Of a stretch of 63,425 nucleotides of DNA, positions 51,871-63,425 are shown piece after piece. The position numbers and the translations under genes were made by a program. Origin of the DNA: Gracilinanus agilis (taxonomy: Eukaryota). The notes beneath the pieces were generated by a model that saw nothing but the letters and a program-made list of their open reading frames with translations, searched no databases and had not been told where the DNA came from. The stretch is from the NCBI RefSeq assembly GCF_016433145.1, contig NC_058132.1, positions 293,587,292-293,650,716 on the forward strand, written 5' to 3'. Each line of letters begins with the position of its first letter. Position 1 is the first letter of the stretch.

Positions 51871-52899
51871 TCAAATAGAAATCAATCTCTCTGGGCTGAA
51901 TATTGACTTTGAAAACCATAAATTACAACCATAAATTGACATTATCTATGTTGTTTTGTATTTTTTTATTTTGTCAAACATTTCCCAATGTAATTTTTTA
52001 CTGGTTCACTGGTAGTTTTGTGCAGAGAATTTTATAAGCCTAGCCCAGATAACATCTCAGATTCTTTCTGTGATTCAATATCTTAGGGTGAGGCGATAAG
52101 GCTGGCATCATTCCTATACAGACTAATAATAATCTCTTTTTATTTTCCTCTATTTCAGCCATACTCTAATTTATACCTTCCTCTATGTTTTTGCTCATGC
52201 AGCTCCTTATGCCAAGAATCTTTTCCCCTTCTCCATTTGCTCAATTCATACCAATCCTCTAACAACTAACTTAAATTCTCAACCAGTACCCAGCACATTA
52301 TATGGATTCAAGTACTTAATAAAAGTCTTTTGAATACGAAATGAAAGATTACTTTAGTCTAAATAAGGTGTTATGAGACTATTCTGATTCTAATCTATAT
52401 GAAAAAAATAGTCATGATCAGAGAAGGGACACATGTAGATTTCCCTTTGAGCTTCAGAGGTCTAGGTTTTCAGAGCCTTCAGAGCTTTCCTTCCACAAAT
52501 AATTATTTGCCAATTGACATAGCATTTGGGTGAGAACACTCTCCTCAAGCCCATACTTACTTTTATACTCAAATCTTGAAGAAAACATAAGAATGACTGG
52601 CATCGTCATATTACTATCTTTATTATCATCATTTTAATATAGTGTTTTAAGGTTTTAAAAGTGCTTCGCATGTTATCTTCACCAAATTTACTGATAGTCT
52701 ACCAACTATCTTAATACTATATCTTTTGAGGTAATATCTCATGTTTAGGTTTTTTGGTGTGGGAGGAGATGATGTAAGCATTTCCTGAGCTCATCCTAGT
52801 TTCCTTTAGAACAGAATTTAAAGGGTTCTCCCCTTCCAAACATGCATATACTTAAAAAAAATTTTAATAGCTTATAAAAAGCTTTGATTCCTTGTTTAC

Positions 52900-52955
52900 C
52901 TTTTTGCTTTCTTCCATTTCATGTTCAAACATTGCATTAAAAACGAGGGAGCGAG
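52900..52955 (-). CDS. SPOPL: SPOPL coding exon (BTB), 56 nt: (A)RSLVFNAMFEHEMEESKK
   Basis: Follows an 80-nt intron (52956-53035). Acceptor ttgttacAG, donor GTaaac. Phase is compatible with both neighbouring exons. Confidence 0.97.
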
Positions 52956-53035
52956 CTGTAACAAGAAATTAATCATTAGTTAGCATTCCTGTTTGGGAAA
53001 TAAAAAACATGTTTTGATATAAAAGCAGAAATTAC

Positions 53036-53213
53036 CTGCAAGAACAGATTTATGAGCTTTGAATTCTTGTCCTCTTACAAAAAAACTGCAATCAGTAAAT
53101 CTCGTAGTTTCCCAGAGATTCCCTAAATCTTCTGCTAGTCGACATTCGGGTACTTTCAAAGTGTTTGTATTAGTCTGTCCTGATATATTTACTGAATCCT
53201 GGACCACGCTTAC
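53036..53213 (-). CDS. SPOPL: SPOPL coding exon (MATH-BTB junction), 178 nt: [59 protein letters not shown]
   Basis: Overlaps ORF 52980..53207. SPOPL-type residues ([21 protein letters not shown]). Acceptor ttctgctAG, donor GTaatt. Confidence 0.98.
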
Positions 53214-56200
53214 CTAGCAGAAAAATCACAGCAAGACAAAACACCATCACAACTGAGTATCAATAATCATTAGCTACAAAAAAAATTTACATTTCATATT
53301 TTTATAATATATATGAAATACTATCAAAACTATTTACCTTCCAATCACATTAAGTTTTTAGTTATATTACAAGAAGTAAATCTTAACACAGTGCCTGACA
53401 TATATTGGATCTTTAATAAATGTTTACTGATTGAATGAAGTAGTAAAAATAATACAAGTCTCATAAGTATCTGTTTCTATAAAGGATAAATAAATAATAG
53501 AAAAGGCGCTATAGGATATTATCATTTGAGAACAAATGGGTTTCCAGTTAAGTGCCATGTCAAATTTTCTAAACTTCATCTAAATGTTTAATTTCTTTAA
53601 CTTTCAATATTTCAAATTATCACATATAAGGCCATGTACTATTATTCATTGGATATCCTAAATTATGTAGAGAGCTTCAGTTTGATTATATCATACTTAT
53701 GATAACAAAAAGCAGGAAACTTTGAAGCTGCTTGTTCATAAGGACTCTCATTACTATGATATATAAATTATGCTCCCCAAAGCAGTTGTCCAATATGTCA
53801 TTTAGTGACCATGTTTATCAATACATGTTTAACAGGGGGATTCTATAGTATACTTGAAATCTATCACTATGCTACTTAATGAAAAGCACTGAATAATTAA
53901 ATTTCTTCAATAACAAAGTTCAAAGCATGAGTTATTCATTTCTGTCAAGTATATCAGTTTAGGTGTTATCTATTAAAAAAACACACATGTGCACATTTGC
54001 ATGTATGTATAATTCCTTTTATTTTTTGCTGAGAACTTTTAAAAATCAATGTTAATTACAAATGTCACTTCAGAAAAGTTATCAATATAAAAGTAATTAA
54101 AGTTACTACAAATTATAAAACATGGCTAATATTTATATAGCATTTTATGGTACAAAAGGTTTTTATATACTCATTTACATAGAAGAATTACTTTGGAAAT
54201 TGGTAAATTAGATAACTTGTATGCACTACTATTAGGTAAAATTTTTTTATAAGCCATGTGGGAACATCCCAACGCTTTACTTTGAAGTTTCAAACTATAA
54301 AAGTCTTATTATGATCCCTCACTATGGCATAAATATCTGACCCAGAATACTTGAAGATACTAGCAAAGTGCAAACTATCTTGGCGTCTGCTAAACTTCAA
54401 AGACTTAAATATAGTCCCATCAGCAGAATACTGTCCAAAAACTAGCCTAACTAAGCATGGAGAGGCTTATCATAGATAGTTCACTATTTAATAAATTTGG
54501 GGGTCATGGCAACCCAAGAAAAATACTCTTTTCATTGTACATTATTAATAAAATAAAATTTTTAAATGAACAAAATATAGCAACTACATTTTCTTTAGGA
54601 AACTTAGAAAGTTTTTTTAAATTACTTTCTAATGGACTAGGAACTAGGGAAGAAATAAATTTTATTCCTGAGTTCCAACAATACCAATAACTAGTTCTCT
54701 GGTTTTTAGAAAGTTACAAAGTCACTTTCCCTCCCTGGGTCTCAGTTTCCTCATCTACAACACAAGGAAGGTTGAACAAGGTCTCTCTAGTGCTAAGACT
54801 CTGAGTATCTATGGAAAAACATATGAAAATAGACTTCAACATACTGATAACACTTTAAAGATATAAAGGATCTTACGCAAACCTAAAAGCTAAAGCCTAG
54901 GAAATACAAATGAATTACAAAGCAGCGTGATTTAAGGACATTGGTCTTGGTAATTCAGACCTTGGTTCAAATCATAGACATGATACCCAAAAGGTAACTC
55001 CTCAAACCTTGGTTTTCTTATCTATAAAATGAGGATCATAATATTCAACCTACTTATCTCATAAGTTTCTTGCAGGGAAAAGCACTTTATAAAACTTATA
55101 GTACTATTAAAAAATAAGTTGTTATTAATATTTACTCTAGATCAAGAGTATGTTTCATACTAGGAAGACCCTAATTCCCAATGTTCTTTCTACCAGACTA
55201 GATTCACTATGTCTAGAATTTAAGAAATATTTTTAGTATGATACTTTGTGTGTTTTACTTATTGCTCAAAAAATATTTAATAAAAAAACATAATTGCAAT
55301 AGGAATGAATCTTAGACTAAAGAATTCAACATGGTGTTATATTTCCTATTTCCATAGACCAAAGTTCTATCCTATTAAATGACAAATTTCTCTATCATTA
55401 ATTTTTTTCCATGAAGCTTTGTCGGGATTGATCCTATAGCTTTCCTATCTCTGATTTACTTTTTAGACTTTGAACACTTTTGACATTTTCCAATTTCATT
55501 TGATTATATAACACCAATTATTTACTTCTCATTGGCATCTATTTGCCATTTATTTTTATAATCTAGTTTGGTATTATATTTTCCTTTATCTTATCATACT
55601 ATCATATCCATGGGCTTTGTTAGGATATATCAGTATGAATGGAAGAATTATAAGAGATTATGATTTGTTAGGGGCATGGATTAGAATTTTTTTCTATAAT
55701 GCTCTGTAAAGAGCACAGATAAATAAATATTTTAAGAAACTACAAAGAAATGGTAATGATTTTGAAGACAGTCACAAAAAGGTAGTATAAGAATTTCTTA
55801 TGTTGCTTAATTTTTGCATTAATTATAATTATACTTTTAGTATAAAGAGTAGGAGAGGATATAATCGAAAAAAATGATTTGCATATCTTTAAAAATAATC
55901 AAAATTTGTATAAAATCATAATGGATAAAATGTATTTTCCTGCCATTACCAAAAATAATCTAAACCACAAATAAATTTACTACATGAATATGGCTATCAA
56001 GAATTTCAACACTCCACATGCAAAAGAATTAAGGGGATATTTTGTAGGCATGGCTATACATAATAATTTAACTAAAGTTTGAGTAGCTAACTTAATAATT
56101 ATGGTTATATTAGGAAAAACTGACAAAATTAAGCTTAACTTTCTGTTTTGAACAGTAAAATAACAGTAAAATATAATTACAAATGATCTGGTTGAAACTC

Positions 56201-59074
56201 AGAATCAAAAACTCAGAAATAAGGCTGATTCTATTTGATCCTAAGGTATCCTATTTGGGGTGAAACAATTCAAATCTCAAAATGAAAGGGTAAATATATT
56301 GTAAAAAGTTGTAGTCTTTCCTCAAATATAAAAGATGGTCCACTTTTGGGCCAGACCCATAGGTGCAATTTAAGCTAGGGAAAGAACAAAAAGTCTATTC
56401 TATTCCAGATATATTGGCCTTAATATTAGTAATCTTTCTAGGGAATCTGGGTCAATCTTGGAGTTCCCTTAAAAACATCTGAGCAGTTAGGACTTATGAC
56501 TAACTTTTCAGGCCTCTCAGATCCACATGATGAGAAGTAAATCCTAAAAATTGACCCAGCTTTCAGGGGCATACTATGCTAATAACTCAGGGCCACATGA
56601 TGCCATTTATGTAGTTTAAGGGCCATTTTCCCCTTCCCTCCTCTATTCTTATGGATCTGCACCATATATCAGGCTGTAGAAAATTTGGTTTTATGGTTAT
56701 TTCAGAGGAATTTGCAATCTCTAGGATGATGGTGGGGAGAGGGGAGTGACTGTGGTTAAGCCTGTACTTTACTTTGCCTACTGCTTCATCAAATATTTTT
56801 TCCAAAATTTTATGTCATCATGTCATACTTAAAAAAAAGAAATCATCTTGTTCCTAAAAACTTATTTCCTCCTGGTCACTACAGCAAAATATGTAATTTG
56901 CAGGCCAGGTTATATTTTGTACAAAGAGAAGAGCACCAAACTGCCTTACCTGCCTACAGCACCACTTGCAGGGGAGGGGGAGGAGGCAGTTCTCTATGTA
57001 GGCTCTGTGCAACGCTTCCTCCTCTTCTGCAAGCAGTGCTGATGATGCTGTGGAAGGAAGTCGTATCAGTGAGATTGGGCTGGATAAAAGATGAGGATAT
57101 GGTTTGGAAGGAGGGTATAAAAAATTGCTTATATATACTTTTCAGTATTTTGCCCATGACCAATATGATCCTATACTACTTCAGGGATACCCTAGTCTAT
57201 CCACATATATACAAAACAATTTTTAAAAACGTTAGGCATTTTAGGATTCAAAAAGCTAAATCTGATAGCTGTCAACATATAAATTAATATGAAATTGGGT
57301 CTTTTATGAGAGGCCTAATGTATCAGAGAAAGGAAATACATTTCTGGTTTTTTTTTTCCACCAAAAAGATTTAGCCAAAAAAAAAAAAAAAAAAAAAAAA
57401 ATCAACCTGAATTTCACTTTCAGCCTTAATTCTGAATTTCTTGATTATCAGAGTTCCAAAATATTTAAAAATACATTTGATTATAAAAATCAGCAAAAAT
57501 TTTTTGGAAAATAAATCATAAAAATATTTCATAATATGTTAACATTAGCAACTTAAGAAAATCAAACATTTAAGTTAGAATACTCCTATATTAAGGATGC
57601 TGAAAACACTTTAAAAGAATAAACTATTTAAACTGAAGAACAGCACACAATATAGCAAATGCTCAAATATGTGAAGCTAAATAAAACTTCAGAATAATCT
57701 TGTCTGAGTCCCAAAGAATCACAAGACACTTGCTACATTTGCTTTATCAACCAAATAATTGTATTCTTAACAAATTCATCATACAGCTAATTTAACTTGT
57801 CTAAGTGAAAATAAGATCCACTATATTTGTAGTCTCAAGAGGCACATTTCAATTATTCCTCTGACACAACATAATGACATTTAATTATGTTGTAATCTTG
57901 CCAAGAAAATTTTACATATGTTAAAAATACAGATTTAAGCTAACTTATTTGCAGTATCTATGATCCTCAAGTAATTAATTGATCCACAGCAACTGCAAAA
58001 ATTTGTCAATATATACTTAGTACTAAGCATACTATATTATACCAAATTTGTTGATTAGATTTTTACCAATTTTATTTAAATTAACAAATATTTCAGTAAG
58101 AAATCTTAGTTTATTTCATCAATTTCACTGTCAATGGCAAGAATCCTCTAGAATAGGAGAAAATCAACTGTTTAAAAAAGCACAAATTGACTGATTACCA
58201 AACAACAATGATCCTATACAACAACTAAAAAATCCAAAGTGAGAAAAACCTAAAGTATAATTTTGAAGACTATTCTTATTTTTCTAATTTTGTATGATTT
58301 CACATGCATAATAACACTAGAAGGACTGGACTTTAATATCTCAAAAAACCAAGCTACATCAACTGACAGAGCATATCCCTTTTTATACATAAGGCAAAGA
58401 AAATAAAGAGATGGTAGAATGGAAATTTTTATTTCAAAGTGAAACTAGTATTTTTGTTTTCATCTCATACTCTTGCTTCATCTCCTATTCTTATTACATT
58501 TTACTTCATATTTTGATTACAAAGGTGGGCATTTTAATTCTGAAATTATTTTTCAATGACCTCTACATTCATTATTTTTATGACCAATTATTTGAATATT
58601 CTTGACTTTAGATAGACACTTCTAAAGATTTTTCTTTTTAAATTTTAAATTAAATTTTTATTTTAAATTATAGTCCAAAACATTTTACCTGTTTTGACCA
58701 AGATATAAAAGTCATTTTGTGTAATGAAAAAACAACAGAGTATAAGTTCCTGCTCCAAAATCTTACTAGCTAAGTGACTGAAGAATGGAAACCACATAAT
58801 CCCTTAGCTTCTATTATCTTTAAGTGTAGATAATATTTATACTATCTACTTCATAGTTAGAATTACATAATAGATCTTTAAATATTAACAATTAATATAA
58901 AAAATCCATAGGAAGTACAACGGAAGATAACTAACCACATAAATCAGGGTAGATCAAATAGCAGAAAACATTCAACAACAGATAAACATGTTTGTTTCAA
59001 AAAAGATGTTCAGTGTAAAGTGGCACAACAGCTCACATCCAACTGCTATAGAAGTATAATCAAGGGATAGTTTC

Positions 59075-59465
59075 AGCAGACTGTGCCAGGCCTGGAGCCA
59101 GGAGGTTCTAGGTTCAAACCTAGCCTCATACAATTCCTAGCTGTATGACCCTGGGTAAGTCATATTAACCATAATTGCCTGGCCCATAACCCTCTTCTGA
59201 CAAGAAACTGGATATTTAGTATTGATTTTTTTTAAAAAAACCCTTACCTTCCATCTTGGAGTCAATTCTGTGTATTGGCTCCAAGGCAGAAGAGTGGTAA
59301 GGGAGAGGTAATGGGGGTTAATTAAGTGACTTGCCCAGGGTCACATAGCTGGGAAGTGTCTGAGGCCAGATTTGAACCTAGGACCTTCCATCTCTAGGCC
59401 TGGCTCTCAATCCACTGAGCTACCCAGCTGCCCCTAGTATTGATTTTAAGACATAAGGTAAGAGG
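59075..59465 (+). mobile_element. Older SINE1 interrupted by an antisense younger SINE1
   Basis: Outer element at 59075-59229 and 59435-59465. TSD tagtattgatttt at 59217-59229 and 59435-59447. Confidence 0.85.
59230..59434 (-). mobile_element. Young SINE1_Mdo-like SINE
   Basis: Near-consensus, full length, 13-bp TSD. Confidence 0.93.
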
Positions 59466-59675
59466 AATTTTTAAAAGTGTAAGACAGTATCATTAAGTGA
59501 TCACATAACTGAGTGATTGTGTTTGCAAATATTTCTAATATAGAAACTAATCAATTTCCTCTGGCTGCTCATATACAAATCAATTGCATCAACTCTATTT
59601 ACATTTTTAAAAATCATTGTTATTTTAACTTGTTTATACTTTTTATTTTTCTTAATTACAAAATTCATTTATTTA

Positions 59676-59855
<180 letters not shown>

Positions 59856-59878
59856 TCAGGATTTATAAATTCAAGAAA

Positions 59879-59892
59879 CACACACACACACA

Positions 59893-59932
<40 letters not shown>
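59879..59932. repeat. Compound (CA)n(CT)n microsatellite
   Basis: Read directly; abuts the TSD of MITE copy 2. Confidence 0.95.
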
Positions 59933-59933
<1 letters not shown>

Positions 59934-59936
59934 AAA

Positions 59937-60109
59937 CAGTGATGAGCAAACTTTTTAAAGAGGGGACCAAAGGAAAGGAAATGCTCATCTGTCAGTCTGT
60001 TTTCCTTAGTTTCACTGTATTGCATCCTACTCATTGTATTCGTCAGATTAGGAATAATGTCGCACAGCTGGATAGAACATTTCAGGGGGCTGTAGTTTGC
60101 CCATCACTG
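59937..60109 (+). mobile_element. hAT MITE, copy 2
   Basis: Same TIRs (one mismatch) and body as copy 1; TSD ctctaaaa/ctctagaa. Confidence 0.92.
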
Positions 60110-61384
60110 CTCTAGAAAATTCTTTTGGCTACCATCACTGGCTTAACAACAGATTTCTGAGTCTTTTGTTGAAACAAAAGGCTACAAAAGATAACAAATT
60201 TAACACTTTACAGATAAGAAAGTACATTAAGAATAGGACAGCATAATACATATGCTTATCAGCATCTAATACTAGTACAATGTCAAAGGAACAGTTATTT
60301 CCAAATAATCTATTGACCTGATTATGCTTCTTCCCCAACTTCCATTATCTCATTACCTAACAAATTTCATCTACATTTCATTTGGATAGCTATCAAATGG
60401 CATGGGCCTTTGGCTATCATAAAAAGAACTGAAACTTCTTCCTCATTCACCTTTCAATTTCCTGAATCTTGGTCCAAAATTTATCTTAAAATTCAAGTGA
60501 TACTCCAACTTTAATGCCATACAACATTTAGGAACTATGCAACAGGCATGGCAGGCTGTTTCTGTTTTCTGTGGACAGGTGTAATTAATTACAAAGAGAT
60601 TAAACAACAGTAACCAGACTACCTACCTAGTGATGAAATGTTTTTGGCCATGGTAATTTAGGAAATTTATATTGAACCAAAAATAGTCTTTGGTCTCATG
60701 TGGCCTCCTGAATGATGGCAGCAGGAAATGGGGCAAAGGATACTACTAGGTTTTTAGACAACGAACTTTAATTTCGTGGTTGATATTCTAAATATGACAC
60801 ACTTAACTAATGATCAAGAGTAGACATATTGCTGGAGCAGATAAAGCTTGTATAATTTAATTGTAATGTTTAATCTGAATCAGCAATTGAATCAGGTAAC
60901 GTTGACATTCTAGTTATTTTAAAAAAAGAACAGAAGTTGCAACTAAATGGAAAAATGATTAACCAATACTCTTTAAAGAGGCAAACAAAGGAGTTGGAAG
61001 AATGAGTTTTATTAGACATACAAGCTACAGGATATATTATTTCAAAAGACATTTGGTCACTACTTACTGCAGGTATAATGGTAAGCTTTCACCCCCCTCC
61101 CCCCAAAAAAAATCAAGAAAATAATTACAGCTTATTCATCAACACCAGGTGCAATAGTCAAAGTGGTCCTATTATAAGAAGTTTGATATGAATATCCCAA
61201 GGCAAATTGATATACATTTTAATACTTGGTGAACTTAATGAAAAGGTATGGAAAAGTTAGGATGGGGAATAACAAATGGCAAAATGTAGTTCAGGAGAAA
61301 GAAATAAAAGGTCAAGTATTTGTAAGTTATACAAACACTTAAATAGCTTCACATGAACATTTTCTCGGAAAGGACTAGAAGTTG

Positions 61385-61530
61385 GCAGGCAGAGAAGATA
61401 GCTTAGTGGATAGAGACAGGAGGTCCTGGGCAAGTCACGACCTCCACTGCCTAGCCCTTACCATTCCTCTGCCTTCGAACTAATACTTAATATTGGTTCT
61501 AAAACAGAAGGTAAGTGTTTAAAAAAAAAA
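61385..61530 (+). mobile_element. SINE1_Mdo-like SINE with internal deletion
   Basis: Head and 3' body present; B-box region missing. Confidence 0.8.
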
Positions 61531-62026
61531 ATTGGGAATCACAGGATATAATGAATTCTAAACATTACAAAGAATGAAAATGAGCATATTTTAAAAGACA
61601 GGCACACTTGCAAGCTGACTGATTATGCATAGTGAACCCTCAACTCGACAGAGCAAAGATAAGAATGTACAATGAGGCAAAGAGAAAAAGACATAGGGTA
61701 CAATTAAGATAATTTAATCCAGAATGATTTGTCAGCTACAGAAACTGAAAAATGAGAAAGGGACAAGAGAAATTATACTGACACCATTTTAGCAATTTAA
61801 CTCAGATATTAAATCAATGCTAAGAGATTAACTGCTACAGAAAGCACCTGAATCAGCAAACATCTAACTTCTCATCAAAAGATGGCTACAAAAAGTGATA
61901 GGTTCAAATATAAGCTCATCTATAAAATGTAAGGAAAATGGAGAGAAACGATTAAGGATAAAACCATTTAAATAACATTTGATATAATATTCAAATAAGC
62001 AAAGTCATCTCAACATCATTCTAGGA

Positions 62027-62211
62027 CAGTGATGGGCAAACTACATCCTCCTAAAATGTTCTATCTGGCCATCGACATTATTCCTAATCTGACAAATACA
62101 ATGAGTAGGATATAATACAATGAAACTTCAAAAGAGTTGCCTTAGACACAGACTGACAGATAAGCATTTCCTTTCCTTTGATCCTCTCTTTAAAAAGTTT
62201 GCCCATCACTG
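62027..62211 (-). mobile_element. hAT MITE, copy 3 (inverted relative to copies 1 and 2)
   Basis: Perfect TIRs cagtgatgggcaaact/agtttgcccatcactg. TSD is poorly preserved (ttctagga/ctttagag, 4 of 8 match). Confidence 0.9.
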
Positions 62212-62287
62212 CTTTAGAGGATAAGCAATACCCAAATAAGAGTTCAGGGCTATAAAAACTATGATATGGTCAAAAACTAATCAATAT

Positions 62288-62485
62288 GGGGGCAGCTGGG
62301 TGGCTCAGTGGATTGAGAGCCAGGCCTAGAGATCAGGTCCTAGGTTCAAATCTGGCCTCAGACACTTCCTAGCTGTGTGATCCTGGGCAAGTCACTTGAC
62401 CCCCATTGCCTAGCCCTTACCACTCTTCTGCCTTGGAGTCAATACACAATATTGACTCCAAGATGGAAGAGTAAGGGTTTAAAAA
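62288..62485 (+). mobile_element. Young SINE1_Mdo-like SINE
   Basis: Near-consensus, full length with A tail. Confidence 0.93.
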
Positions 62486-63425
62486 CAAACAAACAACACA
62501 ACAACTATTCAATATGCATTTTGCTTCCCCTCTATCCCCCACCACAGAGAATGATATTTGGACTAGAAAAGCTAAACGGGGGAAAAATAGCTAAAGGGAG
62601 ATGAAACCCAAGATGTGCAAAAGTAAATGATACACGAGCTTTGCTTGACAAGTTCAAGTCACCAGACCAAAAAATATCAAAAACTTACATGATGGCTAGG
62701 GCATCAATGATAACTTTTTTTAAAAAAAGAAATGGAAACAGGCAATTTATTTCCCTCCAAAGAATGACAATGGTTTTATTTCTATTTCTTCCATTCAATT
62801 CACCAAATATTTATTATGACACTGTATAATTGCGGGGGGTACAAGAACAAATACAAAATTTTACCTTGGAATTCAGATTCTATTGTCTCTTTATTAAAAA
62901 GAATTTTTCCAGATTAAATGTTGGTATAATGTTTAATATTCACTTTCTGACATTTTACAATCCATGTGGTCACCCTCTCTTATATCCCCATGGTGAATGA
63001 TATCATAAAGATAAAGGAAAATGGAATAACAAACCAAGAAATGGGCAAAAGCTGTTTTAATTTTCAAAGAAGGCAAGATAATGGAATATGCATACTACAG
63101 GGAATGAACTTCAGTTTTAGGCAAAATTACTTAATGCTTTATTAAGAGACATTAGGGTGGTAAAAGGAAATACAAATTTATATTTGTGCAAGACTCTACA
63201 TACGCCTTGCTTGATGTTCACAACAATGTTGGGATGCAAGTGCTGCTACCTCTCTTTTGCAGTAAAGGAACTAAACAGAGGTTAAACAACTTGCCCAGAG
63301 TCACAAAGCTAATAAATATCTGTGGATAGATTTTAATTTGGGTTTTCCCGAGTACAAGAACAATGCTCTCTGAAAAGGAAAAGGTGACAAGAACTAGCAT
63401 GGCCTCATCAAAAAGAAGTCAGGGA

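Larger units (their letters stand above)
61550..62560 (+). mobile_element. Degraded RTE-like fragment hosting MITE copy 3 and a SINE
   Basis: Shares blocks with 23070-23700. Confidence 0.5.

Noticed and set aside
52561-52596. Possible 14- or 36-nt microexon ending at donor AAA|GTAAGT (52559-52560)
   Set aside because: The donor is good, but the acceptors are weak (AAG, or CAG without a pyrimidine tract). Not supportable without RNA data.
56820-57287. 155-aa plus-strand ORF as a novel gene
   Set aside because: No recognisable domain, antisense to a SPOPL intron. Its length is better explained by the GC-rich island of the candidate minus-strand exon.
57347-57401. T-run and A24 tract as a processed pseudogene or retrocopy tail
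   Set aside because: No upstream retroposed body or TSD was recognisable.
60628-60712. Box C (GTGATGA) and box D (CTGA) pair resembling a C/D snoRNA
   Set aside because: It is antisense to the host intron and has no terminal stem.

Overview
Marsupial genomic DNA, most likely a didelphid opossum (inferred from many SINE1_Mdo-like tRNA-derived SINEs, marsupial L1 3' UTRs and RTE fragments). Positions ~39.2-63.4 kb hold the 3' part of SPOPL (Cul3 adaptor; MATH-BTB-BACK) on the minus strand. Seven coding exons (128, 178, 56, 123, 143, 54 and 145 nt, all GT-AG) join into one frame ending ...[10 protein letters not shown], including the SPOPL-specific 18-aa exon. A TE-poor 3' UTR of ~4.3 kb follows; the 5' exons lie beyond the window end. 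Positions 1-39 kb are repeat-dense DNA downstream of the gene (L1, L2, CR1/L3, RTE, MIR/Mar1, a solo ERV LTR, MER63-like and hAT MITE elements). No other protein-coding gene, RNA gene or CRISPR array could be supported. The best novel candidates are three splicing features that could each route SPOPL mRNA to NMD: a 98-nt GC-rich cassette exon with an in-frame stop (56950-57047), a BTB exon whose first bases rebuild a strong donor after splicing (GAG|GTAAGC), and a hairpin-masked consensus donor in the 3' UTR. Also notable are an ARSP->ARSL change in the conserved BTB motif, a 3'-truncated poly(A)-less L1 with a perfect 16-bp TSD, and three hAT MITE copies, one nested in a SINE. All of these were read by eye and are untested. 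Repeat family names are from memory, and repeat boundaries are approximate unless TSDs are given.
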